IMG/VR virus record: IMGVR_UViG_3300043418_000114
Location: 124,001 to 188,000 of that record
Reading direction: 5' to 3' (one strand)
DNA: 64,000 nucleotides
This document shows positions 1 to 8,981 of the stretch, piece by piece. How positions within the stretch are numbered: the stretch's first letter is position 1; each line of letters begins with the position of its first letter. A program made the translations under genes and the position numbers. The notes beneath the pieces were generated by a model. The model was not told the DNA's origin, made no database searches, and saw only the letters and a program-made list of their open reading frames with translations.

Positions 1-2
1 CA

Positions 3-260
3 TTCTATAAGATCGTTATCAATAATCAAACTAAAGAGATTGCTGGTTGGGGATTCCCTCACGTTGAGCCATATCCTAACTTAGGTAATGACTTAACTAA
101 GTTCCGTGTTCCAGTTGCGACCCTAATGCAACAGGCCGGAGTTCAATATGCATTCCCACAAGGAGCAATCGAACTACAGCCTGGCAAAGAGTGGGCAGTT
201 GACTTTGGCGCACTCACTAAAGCAAAACGCACCAAATGTGGCGCGAATGCAGAAGATTAA
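3..260 (+). CDS. C-terminal fragment of a probable DNA/RNA non-specific endonuclease (5' truncated by window edge)
   Basis: Open frame FYKIVINNQTKEIAGWGFPHVEPYPNLGNDLTKFRVPV...AED* resembles the C-terminal half of NUC/EndoG-type nucleases; the catalytic His region is outside the window. Confidence 0.5.
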   Translation, partial: FYKIVINNQTKEIAGWGFPHVEPYPNLGNDLTKFRVPVATLMQQAGVQYAFPQGAIELQPGKEWAVDFGALTKAKRTKCGANAED

Positions 261-985
261 TTCTTAGTATAAACGAAGTACAATCTATCGTTGGCATCTT
301 TCTTGAAGGTGTCTAGCGTAAGATTGTACTTTTCAGCAAACTCATTCACGACTTCAAAACTCCAAGGGAAGATATCAACGTAGGGACCTGTCTTATGTGA
401 GATGCCTGGATTAGCACGTAGATAAAACTTGCCACCCTTCTTTAAGAGATTGACACAATGCTCAAATCGTGCTTCAATCTCATCCTTGCTATTAAAGTTA
501 ATTGATCCAAGAGCCAGAATTACATCATGTGATTCTGGTTTTACTTTATACTCAAGAATATCAACTTCATAGTCGGCTTGATTGTTATATGGGTCGATAC
601 CAATTAAGTTTTGAATGCGGCCCTTGAATGGGTGATAGCCACAGCCAACATCAAGTACCTTCTCTGGGTTTAGTTTGTTAACTTCATCAGCAAGCTCCCA
701 CCCTGTATGCTCATAGTCACCTGTGCGTGGCTTCCAAATCTCTCCAAAGAAGCGCAGGATATATCGTTCGCTCAAATCATCGACGATATCTTTCAATGTA
801 CCTACGTATTCGCATGGCAAGCTCAATTCGGCCTCTACAGCGTCTTTGAATTTGCGATAACGTGCAGGTGTCCATGGTAAGTCTTGCACAACGGTGTTTT
901 CGTCAATGGAAATCTTTGCATACTTTGGTAAATTAAACGCAAGTTTCAAATTTTCGCTAACTAGTTTAAAAATTTTAGTGTTCAT
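257..985 (-). CDS. Class I SAM-dependent methyltransferase with N-terminal acyl-carrier-protein-like domain
   Basis: VLDVGCG motif I, LIGID, DVILALGSINF, LLKKGGKFY; start moved to MNTKIF (985), downstream of a late promoter. Confidence 0.75.
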   Translation of the reverse strand: MNTKIFKLVSENLKLAFNLPKYAKISIDENTVVQDLPWTPARYRKFKDAVEAELSLPCEYVGTLKDIVDDLSERYILRFFGEIWKPRTGDYEHTGWELADEVNKLNPEKVLDVGCGYHPFKGRIQNLIGIDPYNNQADYEVDILEYKVKPESHDVILALGSINFNSKDEIEARFEHCVNLLKKGGKFYLRANPGISHKTGPYVDIFPWSFEVVNEFAEKYNLTLDTFKKDANDRLYFVYTKN

Positions 986-1024
986 AGTAATTTTTTCTAA
1001 AAAATATAAATTTCTTGGAAATTG

Positions 1025-1052
1025 TATAAATATTCTTGTCGTCATATTTATA
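1025..1052. promoter_or_regulatory. Divergent pair of T4-like late promoters
   Basis: TATAAATA on + at 1025-1032 and on - at 1052-1045, between divergent genes. Confidence 0.7.
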
Positions 1053-1064
1053 TTAGGAGGAACG

Positions 1065-2045
1065 ATGAAAAAACTTTTAGCAACACTCACACTAGTTATA
1101 TTACCTTTGTTCGCATTCGCATGGGAACCATCTAAGCCGGTGACTGTTATTGTGGGTAACACACCTGGAGCAGGCAACGAAATCGCATTTAGGAAACTAG
1201 CAGAGATTGTGCAGAAACAAAACCCAAAGTTTGTTTATGTCGTACAAAACATTCCAGGTGCTGATTCTGTGGTAGCAAATAATAAGGTACTAGATGCTCC
1301 GACTGACGGCTATACAATCAATTTGCCAAGTCATATGAGTTCATACGTGACTAATGATATTTGGGAAAAGAAAGTTAAAAAGTATCAATGGGATAGTTTC
1401 ATCGACGTACTTACAATGGGTAAGAGTCCTCTGGTATTGGTCGCTAGTACAAAAAGTAATGTTAACACGCCAATCGACTTCATTAGATATCTGCATACTT
1501 CTACAAAGCCGATTAATATCGCAGTAGGTGGTGGAGCACACAGAACAGCATATGAGTATTTGATGGAATCTGCACATGGTGACAAGAATCTAATCACCCA
1601 CGTGAAGTTCAATGGTCCGATGCCAGCAGTGTCGAGCGTAGCACAATATGATGGTAAGACGGGTACAGAGTTCGGTATCATACCAATTGCAGTTGCTCGT
1701 TCGTTGATTGATGCAGGTAAAGTTAAACCTATCGGATTCACTGGCACAAGACACATGCCGCAATACCCAGATGTTCCGTTATTGAACACAGTAGCACCTG
1801 GGATTAACGTGTATGCCGCATGGTCAATTCAACTGCCACCTAACACTAACAAAGAGATTGTAGATTGGTATCAAAAAGCATTTAGTACCGCAGTACGTAG
1901 TAAAGAATATGCAGAATGGTGCAAATTAAATGTAGTGTTCTATTCAGAAGACGAATTGACTCCGGTTGGTCTAAAGAAACACATGCAAGAATTACGCACA
2001 ACGTTCTTACCTGTACTAAGTAAGATAGACTTATCTAAGGAATAA
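1065..2045 (+). CDS. tctC: Bug/TctC tripartite tricarboxylate transporter substrate-binding protein
   Basis: Signal peptide, WEPSKPVTVIVGNTPGAG, VQNIPGA, APTDGYT, PQYPDVP; AGGAGG RBS before ATG 1065. Confidence 0.85.
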   Translation: MKKLLATLTLVILPLFAFAWEPSKPVTVIVGNTPGAGNEIAFRKLAEIVQKQNPKFVYVVQNIPGADSVVANNKVLDAPTDGYTINLPSHMSSYVTNDIWEKKVKKYQWDSFIDVLTMGKSPLVLVASTKSNVNTPIDFIRYLHTSTKPINIAVGGGAHRTAYEYLMESAHGDKNLITHVKFNGPMPAVSSVAQYDGKTGTEFGIIPIAVARSLIDAGKVKPIGFTGTRHMPQYPDVPLLNTVAPGINVYAAWSIQLPPNTNKEIVDWYQKAFSTAVRSKEYAEWCKLNVVFYSEDELTPVGLKKHMQELRTTFLPVLSKIDLSKE

Positions 2046-2047
2046 AA

Positions 2048-2674
2048 TTGAAGTATATCTTTGTAGCTGGTGCTCCAGGCAGTAAATGGAGCAGTGTCGT
2101 AAAGAACATTTATTATAGTCCTAGTATTGACCACAGTGATTATAGTGATGAACGTACTTACTATCACGATGCTAGTGGTGAAATGCAGTTAATGCATTTA
2201 GGTGCATATTTTGATCCAGGAATGGAATTCTCGTTACCAGAATCAATGTCAACACTTACAAAGGCGCAAGCAGAAGAAAGATTTGATGCACCATTTTCAG
2301 GCGAAGGTGTTCGCATCATCAAGAGTCACATCTTTTGTTATCAAGAGAATATCGAGTACTTACGTGAGTTGTGGCCTGAATGCCCAATCGTAACTGTGCT
2401 TAGACCTAATGACAGTTGTTTAGGATGGTGGGTACGATGTGGTCATTTCGACATTACATATCCCATCTACGAGCCTTACTACAAAGACTTAAAGACAATG
2501 GCTAAAATCATTGACAAGCAAAACTATGAACTTGAAGAATGTACGTTTAGAAACAAAGCAACCAGAGTTTACAACAACACTAGACTTGCAATGATTCTCG
2601 GCATCCAATCGCCACCTGATGAATATCGCCACAGCTACATTGACAATGATATCACAGTAAGCGTAATACTATGA
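2048..2674 (+). CDS. Sulfotransferase-fold / P-loop-like protein
   Basis: N-terminal IFVAGAPGSKWSS loop, IIKSH and PIVTVLR segments as in sulfotransferase-like proteins. Confidence 0.45.
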   Translation: MKYIFVAGAPGSKWSSVVKNIYYSPSIDHSDYSDERTYYHDASGEMQLMHLGAYFDPGMEFSLPESMSTLTKAQAEERFDAPFSGEGVRIIKSHIFCYQENIEYLRELWPECPIVTVLRPNDSCLGWWVRCGHFDITYPIYEPYYKDLKTMAKIIDKQNYELEECTFRNKATRVYNNTRLAMILGIQSPPDEYRHSYIDNDITVSVIL

Positions 2675-3303
2675 AACAAATGTTAATCATTACCGGGCCA
2701 CAAGGGTCTGGTAATCACGTTTTCAGCAAAATCTTTGCGTTACATAACGAAGTATATGGCTGGAAAGACTTACTTAATGAATATTGGATAGCACATGATT
2801 ATGAACCATTTAGTGATTGTTGGGATATGCCTAGCTTACTTAATAGCATTGACTGGACAAACATGGATAATTACGTCACTAGTATCAGTTGCCCATATGC
2901 AAACGAAGGAGTGGCTACAATCCCTCGGTACAAAGATTTCATCAGTGCATTAACTCAACTTGGTATCACTGTTAAAGTCTGTATCATTGGTAGAGACCAA
3001 ACTATCCTTAGACACCAGCAACAAAGAGTAAGAGATAGACACAGTTTACCTGATTTCGAAGGTGAACTAGAATTTTTAAATTCACTAGAGCCAATATATC
3101 TAAGTACAGAGTTGTTATATTTGTACAAAGACTATTATTTAAAGAGTTTGAGTAAAATCTTAGACTTCCCTATAGCATATGATGACCCTAGAGTGTTTGA
3201 AATATTGAAACAAGATGCAAACGAGAAATACTTTCAGAGTATTCCTCAACAAGAGTTAGACAAAACAGTCCGCAAAGTTAGCGGACTAAAGGAAAAAGAA
3301 TGA
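2671..3303 (+). CDS. Sulfotransferase-fold / P-loop-like protein
   Basis: LIITGPQGSGNH loop and VCIIGRD segment; ATGA-coupled to upstream gene. Confidence 0.45.
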   Translation: MKQMLIITGPQGSGNHVFSKIFALHNEVYGWKDLLNEYWIAHDYEPFSDCWDMPSLLNSIDWTNMDNYVTSISCPYANEGVATIPRYKDFISALTQLGITVKVCIIGRDQTILRHQQQRVRDRHSLPDFEGELEFLNSLEPIYLSTELLYLYKDYYLKSLSKILDFPIAYDDPRVFEILKQDANEKYFQSIPQQELDKTVRKVSGLKEKE

Positions 3304-3992
3304 TTAGTAACTGGGAAACAACAAAAGCAAAAAGCAAATATCACTTTGATAATTTTAAGAATGATCCAACCATGGACAAAGTTGAAGTATTAGGGCGAAT
3401 TACAGGCGACTGGTCGCATGAAGTACAGGATATTATTGCTAACAGCAAACCTGCAACTTGGGAAACACGTGGATACAAAGGCGAAGGTGTTATGCCACCA
3501 CGTGAAGATTTGATTGCAGAAGAATACGACTTAGAGAAAACTGGTTACGGAAAAGACCACCAGATAACACACTTAAACTGGAATGTTCCAGACAAGTTAA
3601 AAAAGATTACTGAAATGTTTGGTCTAGATGACTGCATGGAACGTATTCACGTGCAGATGCCAGGCGAAGTTTGGAATCTTCATATCGACAAACTAAACAA
3701 ATGGTGCCCAGAAGAACCATGGAAAGTAATGCGTGTTATGATTCACTTGACTGATTGGGAACAAGGTCACTTCTGGTCGTATGGCAATCACGTTCATACG
3801 CAATGGCATGCAGGTGATGTTACTACATTTGATTGGCAAAACTTGCCTCATTCTACTGCTAATGCAGGACATAATCCACGTGTTACGTTTCAGTTAACTG
3901 GTGTTGTAACACCCAAAACGCTTGATTTTCTTGCTAGGCTAAAACGGTTTAACACGATACAATTAGAGTACAAAAATGAGTCTTGGTTCTAA
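3300..3992 (+). CDS. 2OG-Fe(II) oxygenase (Asp/Asn beta-hydroxylase-like double-stranded beta-helix)
   Basis: HxD (LHIDK), distal His (PHSTAN) and Arg (PRVTFQ) in typical spacing. Confidence 0.7.
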   Translation: MISNWETTKAKSKYHFDNFKNDPTMDKVEVLGRITGDWSHEVQDIIANSKPATWETRGYKGEGVMPPREDLIAEEYDLEKTGYGKDHQITHLNWNVPDKLKKITEMFGLDDCMERIHVQMPGEVWNLHIDKLNKWCPEEPWKVMRVMIHLTDWEQGHFWSYGNHVHTQWHAGDVTTFDWQNLPHSTANAGHNPRVTFQLTGVVTPKTLDFLARLKRFNTIQLEYKNESWF

Positions 3993-4419
3993 ACGTATAT
4001 TAATCATGGGTCTTCCTGGTTCAGGTAAGACTACCCTAGCGGACGCACTGGAAGAACGGTTCAATTTACGTAACAAAAAGGTTATTAGGTTGAATGCTGA
4101 TAAGATACGTGAAGAATACGATGACTGGGATTTTACTACTGAGGGTAGATTGCGTCAAAGTAAGCGTATGTGTGAATTAGCTAGTAGAATCGAATGTGAC
4201 TATGTTATAGCTGATTTTGTGTGTCCACTTGTGGAAATGCGTAATAATTTTGCTCCAGACCATCTTATATGGATGGACACCATCAGATCCAGTGAATATG
4301 AAGACACTAATCAAATGTTTGTTCGACCAGAGAAGTGCACCTTCAGATTGATAGAAAAAGATGCTAAAAAATGGAGTGAGTACCTGGCGATAAATATAAT
4401 AAAGCTAGATAGCTTGTAA
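3976..4419 (+). CDS. Adenylyl-sulfate (APS) kinase-like protein
   Basis: Walker A GLPGSGKTT, LNADKIRE, DWDFTTEGRLRQ, VIADFVCP: CysC-like. Confidence 0.7.
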   Translation: MSLGSKRILIMGLPGSGKTTLADALEERFNLRNKKVIRLNADKIREEYDDWDFTTEGRLRQSKRMCELASRIECDYVIADFVCPLVEMRNNFAPDHLIWMDTIRSSEYEDTNQMFVRPEKCTFRLIEKDAKKWSEYLAINIIKLDSL

Positions 4420-4521
4420 GAACCCACCTTAGGGCCCGTTGTCGTAACGGTTAGAGCAATGCTCAGGCGTCCGCGCTAATGAACTGCACCGCGTAGTGTG
4501 CCCCGTATAAAGTAAGCGGGA
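4402..4521 (+). ncRNA. Candidate structured small RNA (no family assigned)
   Basis: 57 G+C in 4421-4520 by hand count; several stems; bracketed by ATAAATA at 4390 and 4524. Confidence 0.5.
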
Positions 4522-4534
4522 TGATAAATACATA

Positions 4535-5113
4535 ATGCGTTCCTATCAAATCATAAACGAGTCCCCTGCTACCGAATTGGCCAAGAAATTGCCATCTCTC
4601 CAAAAGCACGACTATGACACCATCGATACCCTGATGCGTAAAATCTCACAGCGTCATCGTATAACTGGTAAGCACTTACATGACTTGTTTGTTAAGCAAT
4701 ATGGAAAAACTCCAGATAACTGGATCAAAGACGATCTATCTGAAGGTGATTCTTCGGAATTAGACATTGATGCGGAAGTTCAGAAGTTTATCAAATGGGC
4801 CGCAAGACGCCTACATCTACAAACTACACCACATATTGAACTGAGCCAAGATACCAAAGACGCACAGGACAATCATCACACAGGACTACATCGTACTGAC
4901 ACTGGTGAAATCTGGATTTACGTAAAGAATCGCAATTTAGTTGATATCTTGCGTACTGTGTTTCATGAGTTGGTACATCATCGTCAAGGTGAGTTAAAGA
5001 TGATTAAGCCAGGTGATAGCTATCCTGGTAGTCCAATCGAAGCAATGGCAGACATGTTGGCTGGTAAATACATCAAGATTTACGGCGAACAAAACCATCA
5101 CATCTTCCAGTAA
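4535..5113 (+). CDS. Late protein with HExxH zinc-metallopeptidase-like motif
   Basis: RTVFHELVHHRQ; ATAAATA at 4524-4530; N-terminus MRSYQIINE. Confidence 0.55.
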   Translation: MRSYQIINESPATELAKKLPSLQKHDYDTIDTLMRKISQRHRITGKHLHDLFVKQYGKTPDNWIKDDLSEGDSSELDIDAEVQKFIKWAARRLHLQTTPHIELSQDTKDAQDNHHTGLHRTDTGEIWIYVKNRNLVDILRTVFHELVHHRQGELKMIKPGDSYPGSPIEAMADMLAGKYIKIYGEQNHHIFQ

Positions 5114-5162
5114 ACACTGGATCGATTCGTTCTGAATCGTTCACCAAAACTGAGTAAAAAAG

Positions 5163-5191
5163 TTGCATTCTTTGCAGGGTTGTTATATACT
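5163..5191 (+). promoter_or_regulatory. sigma70-type promoter of DsbA-like/polymerase operon
   Basis: TTGCAT-N17-TATACT. Confidence 0.6.
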
Positions 5192-5212
5192 AACTACTTA
5201 CAAGGAGAACTT

Positions 5213-5479
5213 ATGTCAGATTATAACCGCTCATTCAATGGCGATGCCAAAATTAAATTAACTCAATTGGTCAACGAAGGTATGACAGTCTTGCACGAGA
5301 TTGACACCCTTCAAGGCGGATTGAACGATACGATCAAGGCAGTCGCAGAAGAATTGGAAATCAAACCAGGCACTCTCAAGAAAGCAATCAAGATTGCACA
5401 CAAGGCAAGCCTGGGTCAAACAAATAAAGACCACGACGAATTGAACACTATTTTGGAAACTGTAGGTAAGACACTTTGA
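5213..5479 (+). CDS. T4 DsbA/GapR-like dsDNA-binding protein
   Basis: 88 aa helical protein, KAVAEELEIKPGTLKKAIKIAHK; AGGAG RBS before ATG 5213; directly upstream of the polymerase. Confidence 0.55.
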   Translation: MSDYNRSFNGDAKIKLTQLVNEGMTVLHEIDTLQGGLNDTIKAVAEELEIKPGTLKKAIKIAHKASLGQTNKDHDELNTILETVGKTL

Positions 5480-8184
5480 GCTACGTTGATGCCATTCATA
5501 GCAGGGATGAGGATCGCATCTACGTGGTAGAGCGTCAGTCAGATGGCCGACGCACCTACAATGAATTCCCTGCTAACTACGTTCTATACTACGACGATCC
5601 TAAAGGAAAGCAACGTAGCATCTTTAACACACCTGTATCTCGATTCAGTACCCGCAAGCGTAAAGAGTTTGAAACTGAAAAGAGAATTCACTCTAACAAG
5701 CAATTGTACGAGAGTGATGTTAACGTTGTGTTCCGTTGCCTAGCCGATAATTATTTAGGTGTTGATGCTCCAAAACTTCACACTTGCTTTTTCGACATTG
5801 AAGTAGACTTTGATCCTATCAAAGGGTTTAGTCCTACTAGTGATCCATTCAACCCTGTGACAGCTATCAGTTGTTATCTAGACTGGATGGACACTTGTTT
5901 CACGTTGGTTATTGCTCCAAAGCATATGACCAAAGAAACAGCAACTGAAATCATTGGTGAATTTGAGAATACAATCTTGTTTGACAACGAGAAGGACATG
6001 TTCGATGTGTTCTTTCAGTTAATCGAAGACGCCGACGTTCTAACAGGCTGGAACTCAGAAGGCTATGATATTCCATACATGGTCAATCGTGTTACACGTG
6101 TTATGTCTAAAGATGATACACGTAAATTCTGTTTGCTTGGACAACTTCCTAAGCCAAGAGAGTATGAACGTTTCGGTAAAGTCGAATTGACGTATGACTT
6201 AGTTGGTCGCATTCACCTAGACTATTTGCAACTCTACAAAAAGTATAACTATGAATCTCGTCATAGCTATAAGCTCGATGCCATCGGTGAGATGGAAGTC
6301 GGCGAGAACAAAACCCAATACGAGGGCACTCTTGATCAGTTATATAACAAAGACTTTAAAAAGTTTATTGAATATAACAGACAAGATACGATGTTGTTGG
6401 TTAAGATCCACAACAAATTGAAGTTCCTTGATCTAGCCAATGCGCTGGCTCATGAGAACACTGTATTGTTACCTACTGTAATGGGCTCCGTTGCCATGAT
6501 TGAAATGGCAATTTTAAACGAAGCTCATGAAAGAGGTTTAGTTGTTCCAGATAAAAAACGAAAGGTAGAAAATGCAGAAGACATTCAATCAGCGGCAGGT
6601 GCCTATGTTGCTACTCCCAAAAGGGGCCTCCACGAATGGGTTGGTGCAGTCGATATCAACTCACTCTACCCGTCAACGATCCGCGCTCTTAACATGGCAC
6701 CAGAGACCATCGTTGCACAAGTCAGACAAACACTTACCGATCAATACATGAGAGAACGCGGTGCCAAACTGGCCCGTGAAAAGAAGTATTACAAAGATGG
6801 TGACGATGACGTTACAGGCGCAATCTTGTGGGAAGGATTGTTTGGTGCTCTAGAGTACACAGCAATCATGAACCAAGAACGTGGTACTATCTTAACTGTA
6901 GACTACGAAGATGGTCGCAGTGTAGAAATGAGTGCCGCCGAGATTTGGAAGATGGTCTTTGATAGCCATAAGCCATGGATGTTAAGTGCAAACGGTACAA
7001 TTTTTACGTATGAGAAAGAGGGTGTAATTCCTGGTCTACTTACACGTTGGTATACTGAACGTAAATCAATTCAGAAACAGGCAAAAGAAGCGTATGGTAC
7101 TGATATGTATGAATACTATGACAAACGCCAGCTTGTTCGTAAGATTTTGCTTAACTCTGCATACGGCGCACTGTTGAATGAACATTGTCGTTTCTATGAT
7201 AAGCGCATTGGTCAATCAGTTACTCTATCTGGTCGTCAGATTGTTAAGCACATGATGAGTACAATCAATGAAACAGTTGAGGGTAAGTATACTCATGAAG
7301 GTGAAGCTATCGTTTATGGCGATACTGACTCATGTTACTTTAGTGCATATGCAACCTTAAAACCACAGATTGATGCGGGTGACTTAGAATGGAACAAAGA
7401 TATTTGTATTGGTCTCTATGACGGCATTGCTGATCAAGCTAACAATACTTTCCCTTCGTTCTTAGAGAAAGCGTTCCATGCTCCTCGCAAGAATGGTGAG
7501 ATCATCAAAGCTGGTCGTGAATTGATTGGTGATCGTAGTATCTTTATCACTAAGAAGCGTTATGCTATCAACATCTTTGACAAAGAAGGCAAGCGTAAAG
7601 ACAAAGACGGAGCATTGGGTGATATCAAAGCCATGGGTCTAGACTTGAAACGTGCAGATACTCCAAAGTATGTGCAAGAATTCTTGATGGATGTACTTGA
7701 AATGGTACTACAACGAGGCAAGGGTAGTGAAGAAGTCATTGAACGAGTGCGAGAATTTAAACGAGTTATGGTATCTCAAGATAGTTGGACAAAGGGTTCA
7801 CCTAAATCCGTTAACAACTTGACCAAGCATACACAAGCGTTTGAAAAGACTGGTACTTGTAAAGTGGGTCACGCACGTGCCGCTATTAACTGGAATTATT
7901 TGCGACGAGTCCATGGAGATAACTACTCTATGCAAATTGTAGACGGCATGAAGATTGTTGTTTGCAAACTCAAGCCAAATGCATTGGGTTTTAACTCAAT
8001 TGCATATCCAGTTGACGAACTCAGACTTCCAGAATGGTTTAAAGAATTGCCATTCGATGATGACGAGATGGAAAAGACACTGGTCGACGAAAAGATTGAT
8101 AACTTGTTAGGTGTTCTGAATTGGGACATTAAGAGTAATATCGACGTTAAATCGACATTCGCCGAATTGTTCTCATTCGGTTAA
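5476..8184 (+). CDS. Family B DNA polymerase (T4 gp43-like) with 3'-5' exonuclease
   Basis: FFDIEV, WNSEGYDIPY, YNRQD (Exo I-III); DINSLYPS, KILLNSAYG, YGDTDS. Confidence 0.97.
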   Translation: MSYVDAIHSRDEDRIYVVERQSDGRRTYNEFPANYVLYYDDPKGKQRSIFNTPVSRFSTRKRKEFETEKRIHSNKQLYESDVNVVFRCLADNYLGVDAPKLHTCFFDIEVDFDPIKGFSPTSDPFNPVTAISCYLDWMDTCFTLVIAPKHMTKETATEIIGEFENTILFDNEKDMFDVFFQLIEDADVLTGWNSEGYDIPYMVNRVTRVMSKDDTRKFCLLGQLPKPREYERFGKVELTYDLVGRIHLDYLQLYKKYNYESRHSYKLDAIGEMEVGENKTQYEGTLDQLYNKDFKKFIEYNRQDTMLLVKIHNKLKFLDLANALAHENTVLLPTVMGSVAMIEMAILNEAHERGLVVPDKKRKVENAEDIQSAAGAYVATPKRGLHEWVGAVDINSLYPSTIRALNMAPETIVAQVRQTLTDQYMRERGAKLAREKKYYKDGDDDVTGAILWEGLFGALEYTAIMNQERGTILTVDYEDGRSVEMSAAEIWKMVFDSHKPWMLSANGTIFTYEKEGVIPGLLTRWYTERKSIQKQAKEAYGTDMYEYYDKRQLVRKILLNSAYGALLNEHCRFYDKRIGQSVTLSGRQIVKHMMSTINETVEGKYTHEGEAIVYGDTDSCYFSAYATLKPQIDAGDLEWNKDICIGLYDGIADQANNTFPSFLEKAFHAPRKNGEIIKAGRELIGDRSIFITKKRYAINIFDKEGKRKDKDGALGDIKAMGLDLKRADTPKYVQEFLMDVLEMVLQRGKGSEEVIERVREFKRVMVSQDSWTKGSPKSVNNLTKHTQAFEKTGTCKVGHARAAINWNYLRRVHGDNYSMQIVDGMKIVVCKLKPNALGFNSIAYPVDELRLPEWFKELPFDDDEMEKTLVDEKIDNLLGVLNWDIKSNIDVKSTFAELFSFG

Positions 8185-8191
8185 ACTAGTG

Positions 8192-8220
8192 TTGACTTTC
8201 TTACTACATTTCAGCATAAT
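8192..8220 (+). promoter_or_regulatory. sigma70-type promoter
   Basis: TTGACT-N17-CATAAT upstream of the clamp-like gene. Confidence 0.6.
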
Positions 8221-8249
8221 ACATATATTAACTTCCACAAAGGATAAAA

Positions 8250-8981
8250 ATGAAAGATTATTTAAAAGATTTAATTGATCACACATACGGCCTAGGCTGT
8301 ATTGAGTTGATCAAAGTTACAGGCAGTGCCACAGAGACTCAGATTAATGCAATCGCAGAAGACAAGTCTGTTATTGTTAGCGGTGTTTTCAAGACACCAA
8401 TCACTGAGTTTGCCGGTGTATTTGGCATGCCAAACTTGAGCAAGTTGAAGACGATCATTGGTTTCGAAGACTATGATTCTAATGCTGTTATCAACGTTGT
8501 AACTAATAACGCCAGTGGCACAAACGTTCCAACTACGATTCACTTTGAGACTCAAGATAAGTCATTCGTCAACGACTATCGTTTAATGAGCCAAACAATT
8601 GTTGAAGAAAAGATTAAAGCAGTTGTGTTCAAAGGTGCATCCTGGAACGTTGAGTTTGAGCCTACCATCGCTGGTATCCAGCGTTTGAAGAAGCAAGCTA
8701 CTGCCAACAACGAAGAAAAGTATTTCACTACCAAGACAGATGGCAGTGACTTGAAGATTTACTTCGGTGATCCATCTACACACAGTGGTAACTTTGTGTT
8801 TCAACCAGGTGTTAGTGGCACACTAAGCAAGTCTTGGATGTGGCCAGTCAAAGAATTCATTAACATCATGGATCTAGTTGGCGACAAAACTGTTCGTATC
8901 ACAGATGCAGGTGCAACCTCTATCACTGTTGATTCAGGCATTGCAACCTATACATATCTATTGCCAGCACAAGCAAAATGA
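8250..8981 (+). CDS. Probable DNA polymerase sliding clamp (gp45-like)
   Basis: 243 aa two-domain alpha/beta pattern directly after PolB; size and position match gp45. Confidence 0.6.
   Translation: MKDYLKDLIDHTYGLGCIELIKVTGSATETQINAIAEDKSVIVSGVFKTPITEFAGVFGMPNLSKLKTIIGFEDYDSNAVINVVTNNASGTNVPTTIHFETQDKSFVNDYRLMSQTIVEEKIKAVVFKGASWNVEFEPTIAGIQRLKKQATANNEEKYFTTKTDGSDLKIYFGDPSTHSGNFVFQPGVSGTLSKSWMWPVKEFINIMDLVGDKTVRITDAGATSITVDSGIATYTYLLPAQAK

Noticed and set aside
894-1064. Long N-terminal extensions in the ORF track (e.g. 894, 1177, 9657, 16587, 21943, 28779, 50997, 51903, 53188)
   Set aside because: They run through promoters or upstream genes; downstream ATGs with RBS match the family starts
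4455-4500. Fluoride riboswitch, or pistol/hammerhead/twister ribozyme (GCTAATGA and TTAGGG words)
   Set aside because: The GGCGATGG(A/T)GTTCGCC hairpin and pseudoknot partner of the fluoride aptamer are missing, and the ribozyme cores (CUGAUGA+GAAA, CCCUAA pseudoknot) cannot be completed. Kept only as an unassigned RNA.
5476-8184. Intein or intron in the DNA polymerase
   Set aside because: 902 aa with normally spaced motifs and no splice-junction signatures or interruptions
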